This document shows, piece after piece, positions 52,119 to 62,336 of a stretch of DNA of 64,000 bases. Both the position numbers and the translations under genes were made by a program. Source of the DNA: Candidatus Thorarchaeota archaeon (GTDB taxonomy: Archaea > Asgardarchaeota > Thorarchaeia > Thorarchaeales > Thorarchaeaceae). How positions within the stretch are numbered: position 1 is the first letter of the stretch; the number at the start of each line of letters is the position of its first letter. The notes under the pieces were generated by a model. It was not told the origin of the DNA, did no database searches, and worked only from the letters and a program-made list of their open reading frames with translations. The DNA is taken from NCBI GenBank assembly GCA_963726195.1, contig CAVSBO010000004.1:320001-384000 (forward strand), read 5' to 3'.

Positions 52119-53051
52119 TTGAGGAGAATGCCAGTCACGATGCCTCGGCTCCGCATGTCATACGTTCTTCTGACTTTTACGATGCTAGTGTGGGCTGGCG
52201 GCTGGGTCTCAGGCAAACTTGTGACGACAGTTGTGCCTCCTTTCACTGCGGGATTCATCCAGTACTTGCCTGCAACTATTCTGCTCTTGACGGTTGTATC
52301 GTCGAGACGGTCAGAAACAGGTCATCATTATGGCAGAGCAGAGGTCAAGGGCTTTGTACTGCTTGGGTTGACCGGGTTCTTTGGTTACAGCATACTCTTC
52401 TTCGTGGGAGTACGTCTCACAACCGCGGCACAGGGTGTGATAATCTCGGGAATCTCGCCGGCCGCTGTTTCCATTTGCGCTTATGCCCTCGACAAAGAGG
52501 TTCTTGAATCTCGCTGGCAATACTCCGGATTCATCCTGAGCTTTGTCGGAATCATCTTCGTAATCGGGATTCAATCATTGCTTGACTTTGAACCGTCCTA
52601 CATGATTGGTAATCTGATAGTGCTCGCATCCATGTTCTCATGGGGATTGTACTCTGCAATCGGCAAGAGGGTGACACAGACGGTCACAGCACTGGAGGCG
52701 ATTGCCGGGGCAGCAACCACGGGAACGATTATGTTTTCCGTCGGCGCGGTAGCGGAGCAGTTCTGGAGTCTGCCGGGATTGCAGAGCCCACTCTTCTGGT
52801 TCAACATACTTTACTTGGGAATCTTGGGCAGCTTCATGGGCGACACACTGTATCTTCAGGCCGTTAGCAGAATAGGGCCGACACGGACTGGTGTGTTCCT
52901 GAATCTGGTTCCGATCTTCGGAGTAATCCTGTCAGCTCTGATACTGAACGACCCAATCTACTGGACTTTCATCGTAGGAATGATCTTGATCATAGCAGGG
53001 ATTCTGGTCATCAATCATCGTCCGAAGTCAACGGCCACCGTGAATTCATAG
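52119..53051 (+). CDS. DMT/EamA-family transporter
   Basis: 10 TM in two EamA repeats; NLVPIFGVILS.LIL. Confidence 0.9.
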   Translation: MRRMPVTMPRLRMSYVLLTFTMLVWAGGWVSGKLVTTVVPPFTAGFIQYLPATILLLTVVSSRRSETGHHYGRAEVKGFVLLGLTGFFGYSILFFVGVRLTTAAQGVIISGISPAAVSICAYALDKEVLESRWQYSGFILSFVGIIFVIGIQSLLDFEPSYMIGNLIVLASMFSWGLYSAIGKRVTQTVTALEAIAGAATTGTIMFSVGAVAEQFWSLPGLQSPLFWFNILYLGILGSFMGDTLYLQAVSRIGPTRTGVFLNLVPIFGVILSALILNDPIYWTFIVGMILIIAGILVINHRPKSTATVNS

Positions 53052-53126
53052 CCAAATGGATTGGCCACCGGATGTAAATGGACTGAGAAGCCAACATACT
53101 GAGTGCGCGTCATCATCGAATCCGCA

Positions 53127-53393
53127 CTACTCGAGCACGAACACCTTGTCGTTTTCCTTCACGGGACTCTTGACCTTGATAGCTATTTCCTGACCAGGTG
53201 TCCCTTGCTGGATTGGCTTCCTATCTATTTGCATTGAGTCGATGACCTGTTCCACTGTACCAGCAGGTCCCTCAATGCTGATTTTGTTGCCCATGCGAAG
53301 TGGCTGTTCAAGCTTAATGGCGGCCACACCAATGTTACTGAAGAAGCGGGTTACGATGCCGACTTGCTTCTTCTTTACCTTCTTCGCGGACAT
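53127..53393 (-). CDS. EF-Tu domain II-like / U32 C-terminal-like small beta-barrel protein
   Basis: VG.VTRFFSNIGVA, SMQID, GQEIAIKV..PV.END.V. Confidence 0.8.
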   Translation of the reverse strand: MSAKKVKKKQVGIVTRFFSNIGVAAIKLEQPLRMGNKISIEGPAGTVEQVIDSMQIDRKPIQQGTPGQEIAIKVKSPVKENDKVFVLE

Positions 53394-53526
53394 GGGACTA
53401 TCTTTCGTGGAACCTACTGAAAAGCACTGTGCTCATCACTGCACATGAATCACGAGCTGAATGCGGCCTCGCACAATAGATGTGAGTGAGAGTCCATCTT
53501 GCTTGCGGCAGTGCGTTTCCTCAATA

Positions 53527-54585
53527 TCACTTATAGCCCGGACCGAACTCAGCCTTTGCAAGAGCACTTGCAACTTCGAACTGGGCTATGTTCCCTGAGA
53601 AATCGTGAACTGCCTTTCCGAATACCAGTTGGAACTTCTCGGAGAAGTCCTTAACTTTGTCCAACAGCACTCTGTAGGATTGCCTGGCTATGAGGACTGA
53701 AGTGAAATCTGGTTCGTGAGCGAACAGAATGTTGAAGTCTCCAACTGACAGGTTGTTGAGGCCTGCTTGGCTCTGCGTTATTTCTTTGAAAAGCTCTTGG
53801 ACTCCTGCTATGCCCGCTGCTGCGAGACTCTCATCCATGTTGACTGTGGACACGAACTTGTAATGGAATAGCAGGATGCCGCTCGAGTGAATCATGTAGA
53901 GTTCGAGCATCTGGTCGGTCCAATCTAGCTCATCAAGGGCGGGTGACCCCAGTATGGCAGTGCCCAAGATTAGAAGCCCCCCGACGAGCAGAAGACCGCT
54001 CAGAACATAGACTTGGGGGCCAAGGCCTGAGTATATGAAATCGCTACGACCGAGGTAGCCCACGAAGCCGACAAGAAATCCGACCAATATGACCCTCATG
54101 CTGCTTCTCACACTACCGGTCGTGCTACTCACAAAGAATCTGAAGAACAATGCAAGAATCCCGAATGCGACGACACTGGCTACGAGTGCGAGAGTTGTCA
54201 GCAGCTCCCTTGGTGCTAGCGCAGAGGTTACAGCAATGACTGTGCTCATAGCTGACGGAATATGGTGCAGATGATACGGCAGAATCCTCTCAAGGGCAAC
54301 ACAGAAGCCCGCGAGAGCAAGAATCATTGACACATAGCCTGCCTTGACCCACAGCAACGATACAGAGCCTGTGGTGTAGAAGTCCGACATGATGAAGCAA
54401 GAGGAATTTGAGGCCATTCCGAACATGAAAACAGACCAAGCCAGCCTGACATCTGTGAGCTTCCTGAGTGGGCTCCTCATCCATCCAAGAACGAGCGTGA
54501 CCCCAAACAAAAGCGTGTAGAGCACGACGGCTGAGTCGAGCACCAACACAATGTCCCTTACTAGCGGAACCACAAAGTCGGGCAT
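53527..54585 (-). CDS. 7-TM protein fused to a C-terminal longin/roadblock-like domain
   Basis: Seven hydrophobic helices then LYMIHSSGILLFHY..DESL..GI.GV..LFKEI..F..KF...F. Confidence 0.7.
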   Translation of the reverse strand: MPDFVVPLVRDIVLVLDSAVVLYTLLFGVTLVLGWMRSPLRKLTDVRLAWSVFMFGMASNSSCFIMSDFYTTGSVSLLWVKAGYVSMILALAGFCVALERILPYHLHHIPSAMSTVIAVTSALAPRELLTTLALVASVVAFGILALFFRFFVSSTTGSVRSSMRVILVGFLVGFVGYLGRSDFIYSGLGPQVYVLSGLLLVGGLLILGTAILGSPALDELDWTDQMLELYMIHSSGILLFHYKFVSTVNMDESLAAAGIAGVQELFKEITQSQAGLNNLSVGDFNILFAHEPDFTSVLIARQSYRVLLDKVKDFSEKFQLVFGKAVHDFSGNIAQFEVASALAKAEFGPGYK

Positions 54586-54929
54586 ACTTGACCTCCCAAG
54601 ACCTAGGCGAGAAAGCCTCTAGGGGATACGTCTAGTATTCAAGTTGGGCTATTGCTCACTAAAGCATTCTGCGTACGAATGTCTCCTTCAGCACTCAGTG
54701 CAACGACATGATGCTTGGTGCGGACGGGCAGGTGACATTATGCGGTTCTCAGGCTGTCACCGTTTCCTTGTTGATCAAGTTGTGTGTTTTTGCAGCCGCT
54801 TGGTAGGCAGCACGTTTCCTGCCTGACGCCAAGCTTTCTGCCATTCGTTGTCGCTGGGCCACTATGTGCACACAAAAAAGACAAGATAAAGGCTCAAGTG
54901 AATACTCGTGCCGTCAAACAAGCGGTTGA

Positions 54930-55892
54930 ATGACGACTTTACGAAGTGCGGAGAGAACCCAAGTGACATTATCCGGGATCGTAACCAACATTCAGAGATT
55001 CTCCACTGAAGACGGTCCGGGTATTCGGACCACAGTATTCCTCAAAGGTTGTCCGCTCAGGTGCCTTTGGTGTCAGAACATCGAAAGCATTGATACAACA
55101 CCGCAAGTAGTCTGGTACGCGGTCAAGTGTATTGCAGACCAGAGCTGCGTTCAAGCCTGCCCTGAGAATGCTCTTGAGCTAACACCGACGGGCATGAAGA
55201 TCGATCGGAGCAAGTGCACGGCATGTGGCAAATGCGAAGCTGCTTGTCCGACAAACGCGATCAGATTGTTGGGCCATGCTTGGAGTTCTGACTCTCTCAT
55301 TCAAGAGCTTCTGAAGGATTGCGTCTTCTTTGAAACATCGGGCGGAGGGGTAACCTTCTCGGGAGGAGAACCCACAAGTCAGGTCGAGTTTGCGATTGAA
55401 GTCGCGTCAGGACTTAGGATGGAAGGAGTTCATGTAGCGATTGAGACCTCGGGCTATTGCGGCAAGAAGGTCATGGAGCGAATCATATCATCCGTAGATT
55501 TGATACTGTACGATTTGAAGGTCATGAACCCAGATAGGCATCTGGATTACACAGGAGTACGCATCGACACCGTCCTAGCCAACGCTCGTTTGCTCGCATC
55601 AAAGACAGTGCCATTCTGGGTGCGCACGCCCGTAATTCCAGAACATACTGACAGCGAAGAAAACATCAGAGCGATAGCTAGGTTTGTCTACAAGAATATG
55701 CCCCGTGTCGAAAGATACGAACTCTTGGCCTTCAATTCACTCTGTGTCGACAAGTATACTCTCCTAGGACTTGACTATTCGCTTCGCGGTCTTCAGCCTA
55801 TCACACGTGAAGCAATGGAGCATTTGGCCCATGTTGCGGCAGAGGAAGGCTTAGCGAACGTTGTGTGGTCTGGAATGACGCGCAAGTCGTAG
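54930..55892 (+). CDS. glycyl-radical enzyme activating protein (radical SAM with ferredoxin insert)
   Basis: DGPGIRTTVFLKGCPLRCLWCQN, two 4Fe-4S motifs, GGVTFSGGEP. Confidence 0.92.
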   Translation: MTTLRSAERTQVTLSGIVTNIQRFSTEDGPGIRTTVFLKGCPLRCLWCQNIESIDTTPQVVWYAVKCIADQSCVQACPENALELTPTGMKIDRSKCTACGKCEAACPTNAIRLLGHAWSSDSLIQELLKDCVFFETSGGGVTFSGGEPTSQVEFAIEVASGLRMEGVHVAIETSGYCGKKVMERIISSVDLILYDLKVMNPDRHLDYTGVRIDTVLANARLLASKTVPFWVRTPVIPEHTDSEENIRAIARFVYKNMPRVERYELLAFNSLCVDKYTLLGLDYSLRGLQPITREAMEHLAHVAAEEGLANVVWSGMTRKS

Positions 55893-55999
55893 CATGGGCA
55901 GGCATCTTCGATGGGCTTGTCCCTTTCACTCCGTGCTGACGCGGTCCTAGAAGAAGACTGATATGGCACAGAACAAGACGCTAGCGAAGAGGTTCGGTC

Positions 56000-56536
56000 T
56001 TGAAGTCATGGAGCTATAGGTCCAAGGATGGACGACCAGTAGCCGTGCGTTGCGCAGGCACTGGCGATGCCAGGCTACTCCATGACGGCTTCTGCGATGT
56101 CGTGAGCGAAGGACTGTGGCTCCCCACTTTTGTGTCCACTGCCACGATATCAGATTGGGCCAACTGGATACAAAGAGCATCAGTTGGTTCCGAGGCAATC
56201 CTCGTCGCGGAAATTGGAGATCGGTATGCGGGACACTTGACACTCCAGCCCGAAGAATGGATGGCGTCAAGGCATGTAGCAAAGCTTGGTATCATCATCA
56301 TCAAGGGCATGCGCAACCTAGGAGTGGGGAGAGCACTCATGATTGCTGCCGAGGACGTAGCCCTCGACAAGGAGTATGAGAAGATAGTGCTAAGCACCTT
56401 CAGCGACAACGATCTGGCTTTGTCATTGTACCAGTCATTGGGTTACCGGACAGTCGGATATCGAATACATCACTTCAAAATGGAACGAGGTTATGTAGAT
56501 GAAGTCCTCATGGAAAAAACCCTCCAAGAAGCCTAA
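56000..56536 (+). CDS. GNAT acetyltransferase
   Basis: RNLGVGRAL, N..A..LY..LGY. Confidence 0.88.
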   Translation: MKSWSYRSKDGRPVAVRCAGTGDARLLHDGFCDVVSEGLWLPTFVSTATISDWANWIQRASVGSEAILVAEIGDRYAGHLTLQPEEWMASRHVAKLGIIIIKGMRNLGVGRALMIAAEDVALDKEYEKIVLSTFSDNDLALSLYQSLGYRTVGYRIHHFKMERGYVDEVLMEKTLQEA

Positions 56537-57083
56537 GACCGGGACTGATAGAACGGGCAACCACCTTTTCTGGCAGACGATTGTGGAGTCCTTCCACGAA
56601 TCCCCTGGCAGACTCAAAGTAGCTCAGTCCATATTGATTCACGGATTTCACGTGGAGTCGGCAGGGGTCATCAAGTGCAGGTCCATCAGGATTCCCATGA
56701 AGTCTATCGGTGACGCCCTCGGTATAGACAGGCGTACGGTACGTTCAACAACCGAGGCTATTTGTTCTGATCCCAAGCTGTTCGAGTTATTCTCTCGAAT
56801 AGAGCCTGCGGGTCCATCTCTTGAGAAGGTCAGCAAGGTTTTCGGATATGGAGTAGTGAAGGTCTACGTTGAGTCACCGGAGCTTCCGGGCATTCTTTCT
56901 GAAGTGGCATCCACGATTGCCGGCTATGATATTGCGATCAGACAGGTCGTAGCAGAGGACGCTGCCATATACGAAGAACCCTGTCTGAAGATAATCACTC
57001 AGGAACCTCTCTCAGGATCCGTCATTGATTCACTCAGGGCAATAAGGGGTGTTAGCAGGGTCGTAATCGACAAGCCTTCGTGA
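56499..57083 (+). CDS. archaeal ACT-domain regulator of amino acid metabolism
   Basis: F..SP...KVA, LGIDRRTV, PGIL..V...IA...I.IRQ; start uncertain. Confidence 0.8.
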   Translation: MKSSWKKPSKKPKTGTDRTGNHLFWQTIVESFHESPGRLKVAQSILIHGFHVESAGVIKCRSIRIPMKSIGDALGIDRRTVRSTTEAICSDPKLFELFSRIEPAGPSLEKVSKVFGYGVVKVYVESPELPGILSEVASTIAGYDIAIRQVVAEDAAIYEEPCLKIITQEPLSGSVIDSLRAIRGVSRVVIDKPS

Positions 57084-57105
57084 GAAGTCAATACGTAGTG
57101 CGATA

Positions 57106-58440
57106 TTGAGGAAGACTGAAAAGCCCCAGAAGAGGCCGCCGACGGCGGCGCATGCGTTGACTGATGCTGATATCGGACCGCACTTGTCAGACCAGCCAGA
57201 CGAGATCATAACAACAGGCACAGTCAATGTAGGCATGCATCAGGTCTGGACACTTGCAGTATGCATGGCCATACTCCAGATTGGCTTTGGAATCGTCATT
57301 CCGATTTTCCCGTATTACATTCTGTCAATGAATCTCGGCGGTATGGAGCTCGGCATTCTAGCCGCAGCATATGCCATGGCTCAAATCCTTCTAGCAGGAC
57401 CACTTGGACATCTTTCCGACCGAACTGGTCGAAAGCCCGTGCTCGTCACTGCAATGCTTGGCTTTGCCGCAGCAAACGTGCTGTATTCTCTGGCTAATGA
57501 TGTATATGTCATGATTATTGCGCGAATAATAGAGGGTGCAGTCTCAGCAGGGTTCTTTCCTGCAGCAAATGCATTTGTCGCAGATGTGACCGCCGCATCT
57601 ACCCGTGGAAAAGCAATGGGTTTCCTGAGTGCCGGTGGCATGGTCGGCTTCATCATCGGTCCTACTCTGGGAGGAGTCCTAGCAGAGTTCTTTGGCCTGA
57701 GACTACCGTTCGTTATCACGGCCTTCATCACTCTTGTGACACTTGCCGCGTTACATCTGCTCATTACAGAACCCGACCATCAACGCGATTCGGCCCACAA
57801 TGAAGGAGTGCATGTCTTTGAACTGCTCGGCCGCCATGCAACCGCATATGCTGCCTTGGCTGTCTCAGTGTTCGCTAATATTTTCGCTCTTGGTATACTT
57901 GAGGTAGCCTTCACGTTGGACGCCGTTCAGAGATTCAAAGTGACCCCTCTTGAGATTGGCCTGTTCTTTGGTGTCGTTGGAGTTGTTACCATATGCGGCA
58001 GTATCGGATTCGGCCTAGAGTCTGATAAGGTCGGCAGGAAATGGCCCATTGTGCTAGGGTCATTTTTGGGAGCGGTATCGATGCTCTTGTTCATGGAGGC
58101 TACTGATCTCACTGGTCTCCTTGAGGGCGCAGTAGTGCTCGGTCTGGCAATTTCGATGAGAGGGCCGACAACACAGGCTATGGTCGCGGATCTTACTGAC
58201 AAGAATGCCTACGGTGTCGTAATGGGCGTCTTTGGGATGGTCAACAACACAGCCTACGTTATAGGGCCTCTACTCGCAGGCTACTACTATTCAAACACTG
58301 GCGTAGCCACTTCGAGCCTTCTGCTTGGGTCGATAGTCTCTCTCGCCGGTTGCGTGACTGCCATAGCCGGGCTTCCAAGCGCCAAGCCAAATCCCAGGGC
58401 CCACCATACAGAGGACGTAGTCTCTGATGCATCTGTCTGA
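57106..58440 (+). CDS. MFS efflux transporter (TetA/DHA1-like)
   Basis: GHLSDRTGRKPV, GFIIGPTLGG, 12 TM. Confidence 0.9.
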   Translation: MRKTEKPQKRPPTAAHALTDADIGPHLSDQPDEIITTGTVNVGMHQVWTLAVCMAILQIGFGIVIPIFPYYILSMNLGGMELGILAAAYAMAQILLAGPLGHLSDRTGRKPVLVTAMLGFAAANVLYSLANDVYVMIIARIIEGAVSAGFFPAANAFVADVTAASTRGKAMGFLSAGGMVGFIIGPTLGGVLAEFFGLRLPFVITAFITLVTLAALHLLITEPDHQRDSAHNEGVHVFELLGRHATAYAALAVSVFANIFALGILEVAFTLDAVQRFKVTPLEIGLFFGVVGVVTICGSIGFGLESDKVGRKWPIVLGSFLGAVSMLLFMEATDLTGLLEGAVVLGLAISMRGPTTQAMVADLTDKNAYGVVMGVFGMVNNTAYVIGPLLAGYYYSNTGVATSSLLLGSIVSLAGCVTAIAGLPSAKPNPRAHHTEDVVSDASV

Positions 58441-58456
58441 GCACAGGCATACTTGA

Positions 58457-59305
58457 CTAAGTAATCTCAGCAGCCACATAAGCGACGACTTGCCCATGAT
58501 CACCTGTCACGTCACCGCTGTTCATGTACTTTAGCAGATTGAACTGAGTGGCTCCTCGTTCGATGGCGAACACCAATGCCGCGGCAATCGGTCCTGCTCC
58601 ACAGATGGTCAGTCGGTGGCTTTGCACGAATCTCAGGAATCCTTCCGGGTCTAGGTTCTCAAGGTATTCAATTGCTTGGTTGTCTTTCTTCCTCGCGCTT
58701 TCTGCTGACTCGAAATGAGTGAAGTCAGAACTCGCAATTACCACTATGTCATTGTCCTTGGCGACATTGGCGACAGTCTTACCAATGGACTCGCATGTCT
58801 CATAGCTTTGGTCGCTAACGCAAATCGGAACGAAGCTTAGGTCCTTGCCAAAGACGTACTGGAGAAAAGGCAGCTGAACCTCGATTGAGTGTTCTCCACT
58901 ATGTGCAATGCAATCGGGCATCGCATATTCATTCTGCTCAAGGATGAGCGGCCCGATCTTCCGGTCATACTTGATTGGTCCGAGAGGCGTTTCCCAGTTA
59001 TCTTCACAAAGTGCAAGGCGAGATAGGTCCAGACCCCTGCCTGTGTGGTTTGGACCGAAGATGACTATGTGCTCAGGCCGCCCGTCTTCGTAGAGATTCA
59101 GATAGCTATGGGCTGCCGCCATGCCTGAGTACATGTATCCTGCATGAGGAGAGACCAGTGCCTTGATGCTTCTCGTTTTTCCTGGGCCGCCCTTTGGAAG
59201 GCGCCCGGGACCGGGGCTTTTTGTGAAGCAGTTCTCTAGGCGCTGGAGTAACGCGTCCGGCTTTCCTTCGTAGAAGGACCCTGCAACCACAGGCATTCTT
59301 GTCAT
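58457..59305 (-). CDS. MEMO1-family protein (AmmeMemoRadiSam protein B)
   Basis: R.P.VAGSFY, PHAGYMYSG, GPNH, EHSIEVQLPFLQ, ASSDFTH, CG.GP. Confidence 0.93.
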   Translation of the reverse strand: MTRMPVVAGSFYEGKPDALLQRLENCFTKSPGPGRLPKGGPGKTRSIKALVSPHAGYMYSGMAAAHSYLNLYEDGRPEHIVIFGPNHTGRGLDLSRLALCEDNWETPLGPIKYDRKIGPLILEQNEYAMPDCIAHSGEHSIEVQLPFLQYVFGKDLSFVPICVSDQSYETCESIGKTVANVAKDNDIVVIASSDFTHFESAESARKKDNQAIEYLENLDPEGFLRFVQSHRLTICGAGPIAAALVFAIERGATQFNLLKYMNSGDVTGDHGQVVAYVAAEIT

Positions 59306-59402
59306 CAATAATCCCTGACTACGGAGTGCGGTGCCTGACAAAAAAGGCTTCGGTCACCGCTTCCAGCACGGCTGGTCTAGAATCAAGCCCTATCTGTTTG
59401 AA

Positions 59403-60713
59403 TCATTTCTTCAGACTGATCTGGACATGCTTCACGAGTCCATCCATCTTGACTTGGCGCGTTTCTTTGGTCCGCATGTCGCGAACACTGACCTCGCCCT
59501 TTTCGAGATCGCGTTCGCCGATGATTACTGCATATCTTGCCTTCTTCGAGTCAGCGACTTCGAGCAGTTTCTTCAGGTTCCTTTCCATAAGGTCAATCTC
59601 ACAAGAGAAGCCAGCCTTGATGAGCTCCGACTGCAGCTTGGCGGCATATCTGACCATTGATGGAGTAATCGGGGCAAGAAACACATCGAGGGTCGGCGTG
59701 AGTTTGTCGCCGAGGCCTCTTGCGAGCATGACATCAATAAGCCTACCAATGCCTAGCGAGATGCCAGTCGCAGGTGTTGCCGGGCCTCCGAACTTCTCAA
59801 TTAGGTTGTCATAGCGACCGCCCCCAGCGATCGATCCAACCTTTGGCTCGCCAATGAATGCACCTTCAAACACGGGGCCCGTGTAGTAATCGAGTCCCCG
59901 TGCGAGAGACATATCGAATTCAACGAATTTGCCCACGCCCGCTTCCTCGAAATTAGTCGCCATGGTTGACAATTCCTCCACTCCGCGGATGCCGACCTCG
60001 GATCCATTCAGAAGTTCCCTGAATTGCTGAAGGACGGACTCACCTTTGCCTCTCAGAGTAATGTTATCCATCAGGAAGCCGCTCTCTTCCTTGCCAATCC
60101 CTCTGGTCTTGAGTTCCTCAAGTACTCCATCCCGCCCAATCTTGTCCAGCTTGTCTATCGACCTGAAGCATTCGAAGGCTAGAGCATCGGGCACTCCTGC
60201 TTTCTCAGTAAGCCCCTTCAGAACCTTCCTGTTGTTTATGCGAATCAAGTAATCATTTCCCAAGACTCGCCTGAAGAACTCAAGTGCTACAAGGACCACT
60301 TCTGTATCTGCAGCCATGCTGCTTGAGCCTACTACGTCAACGTCTGCTTGTGTGAATTCCCGGTATCGACCTGCTTGGGGTCTGTCATATCTCCAGACCT
60401 TGCCAATTGCGTATCTCTTGAAGGGCTTTGGTAGAGTGGGGTTGGAAGCCACGATTCTGCCCAAAGGCACTGTCAGGTCAAACCTAAGGCCGACCTCACG
60501 CCCGCCCTTATCCGTGAATTTGAAGGTGTCTGATTCCACCTCTTCCCCGCCCTTAGCAGCAAGAGTTTCCCACAGTTCCATCACAGGTGAATCCAGTGGC
60601 TCGTAATTGAAGAGTCGAAAGACCTTCACCGCAGTCTCAATGAGATAGTCATTGACATACTCCTCTGGACCCATGAGGTCTCTCATACCTCGTACTAATC
60701 TCATCTCACTCAA
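59403..60713 (-). CDS. hisS: histidyl-tRNA synthetase
   Basis: RGMRD, LRFDLT, RYDRPQAGRYREF.Q, ARGLDYYTG, GGGRYD; TTG start after GGAGGA. Confidence 0.96.
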   Translation of the reverse strand: MSEMRLVRGMRDLMGPEEYVNDYLIETAVKVFRLFNYEPLDSPVMELWETLAAKGGEEVESDTFKFTDKGGREVGLRFDLTVPLGRIVASNPTLPKPFKRYAIGKVWRYDRPQAGRYREFTQADVDVVGSSSMAADTEVVLVALEFFRRVLGNDYLIRINNRKVLKGLTEKAGVPDALAFECFRSIDKLDKIGRDGVLEELKTRGIGKEESGFLMDNITLRGKGESVLQQFRELLNGSEVGIRGVEELSTMATNFEEAGVGKFVEFDMSLARGLDYYTGPVFEGAFIGEPKVGSIAGGGRYDNLIEKFGGPATPATGISLGIGRLIDVMLARGLGDKLTPTLDVFLAPITPSMVRYAAKLQSELIKAGFSCEIDLMERNLKKLLEVADSKKARYAVIIGERDLEKGEVSVRDMRTKETRQVKMDGLVKHVQISLKK

Positions 60714-60871
60714 AGCAAAGTCCTCCAGAATCAGTCGCAACGACAAGCAGCGTCTGGTCTGTCTTGGGATAATCAGAATTCAAGATGAACAGAGCCACGA
60801 CCGCTCACGCTTGTCACCAAGCCGGCTAACGTGTCTCTGTTCTTTAAGTCTTCCGCTTGTCATCAGTCAGT

Positions 60872-62224
60872 CTACTCAAAAGATATGTATCCTGTCTGGA
60901 GCAAGATGAGATAGATGACAATAGCAGCGCCCATCAGCAGCACATCCTTTGTGGCCATTTTCGTCAGGTCGCGCGGGCCTTGGTAGTCACCAATGAAGAC
61001 GTAGATGATCTTGTTGAATACCGATGTGGTTGTGGCGATAATGACTGCGTAAGCCGCTGTCACAAGTGTAATGGCTCCTGTGGAATAGGAAACTGCAGCG
61101 ATGGAGACCACTGCTCCTGCCGAAGCGAATCCTCCGATGAATGCAGCGACTATCATTCCCAGCTGATTGAAAGATTGCTGAGCCCAAATCGCCAGCAGCG
61201 AGACAAGTGAGAAGACAACTGCAAACCGGAACGCGGCGTGCAGAGAGAATGGTGAACCGAACCCGGCTTGGATTCTGGTGCTGAGGTCTTCTTTGGATTC
61301 CGGCTTCGTTCTTTTCCCTGCTTCGTACAAGAACCTCAACATGCCCACAAATGTGAGAATGATCAGTGGGCCCAAATACAGTCTGAACAGCTTGAGACTA
61401 GGATCGAGAATTACAACCAGTAATCCGTTTCTAAGCGCCATTGCGATGTTGGCGAGTATTACGGCCAGTGACATCCTGCCCGGGTATTTCTCCTCGAGCG
61501 CGTTGTGAAAATCCACGATGCTTGACACCGTTGCTTCGCTATTCGCAAATCCTCCGAAGAATCCGAAGAAGTAGGGACCGCGGTCTTTGTACTTCTTCAC
61601 AAGTATGTAGTTGGCAAACGAAATGGACAGTAGGATGACAATCAGGAGGTAGGTCTCAAATAACGGAAATGCAATTGCGCCGATATTGACAGTCGGGTAC
61701 TGCGTGAGGATTGGCCACAGAAAGGCAATCAGAACCATCAGCTCGGCCGCGCCAATCATTTCCTCGTGGCTGACAGCAGCCACTGCGGATGCCAGTTCCT
61801 CTTTGAAGCTCAAGACCAGAAACACGAGGAACGATATCGTCATCGCGAAGACTTCTAGTTCTCCGAGGGGCCGAATTGGTGTCGCCGTAGAATCCATACC
61901 CACCAATGCGCCTAGGACGAAGGATATGGCAAACACGACTGATGTGGTCAGGCCCTTCCGAGTGGTCCTGAATACCTTGTACACAACTGAGACCGTGGAG
62001 ATGACGATGGAAATGCATATGGCGTAGATGAGGACGTACGGGTTATTGTAGACACGATATATGTAGGCGGCTACGGTGCCGAGCAGGCTGTGAAGTCCGA
62101 ATGTCCTCACTCCCAAGGACATCTCTTCTGTCATTCGCTTTTGTCGCTCAAGACCTATCAGAGCGCCTACTCCAAACCCGACTAGGCACATCATCACGAG
62201 GTCAGGAGTGACAATTACCTGCAT
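60872..62224 (-). CDS. MgtC/SapB plus DUF4010 membrane protein
   Basis: GALIGLER, GVRTF, GLTT, GGF..S.A, SPFSL..A..F. Confidence 0.88.
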   Translation of the reverse strand: MQVIVTPDLVMMCLVGFGVGALIGLERQKRMTEEMSLGVRTFGLHSLLGTVAAYIYRVYNNPYVLIYAICISIVISTVSVVYKVFRTTRKGLTTSVVFAISFVLGALVGMDSTATPIRPLGELEVFAMTISFLVFLVLSFKEELASAVAAVSHEEMIGAAELMVLIAFLWPILTQYPTVNIGAIAFPLFETYLLIVILLSISFANYILVKKYKDRGPYFFGFFGGFANSEATVSSIVDFHNALEEKYPGRMSLAVILANIAMALRNGLLVVILDPSLKLFRLYLGPLIILTFVGMLRFLYEAGKRTKPESKEDLSTRIQAGFGSPFSLHAAFRFAVVFSLVSLLAIWAQQSFNQLGMIVAAFIGGFASAGAVVSIAAVSYSTGAITLVTAAYAVIIATTTSVFNKIIYVFIGDYQGPRDLTKMATKDVLLMGAAIVIYLILLQTGYISFE

Positions 62225-62336
62225 ACACTATCACCATCGGGATCTACGACAACGCATTCAATGGCTCTTAAGGGGTACTATTACGCATCTCGTTGCCATT
62301 TGGCTTTTTACGGAAAAAGAAGATGGAAGTTGGATT

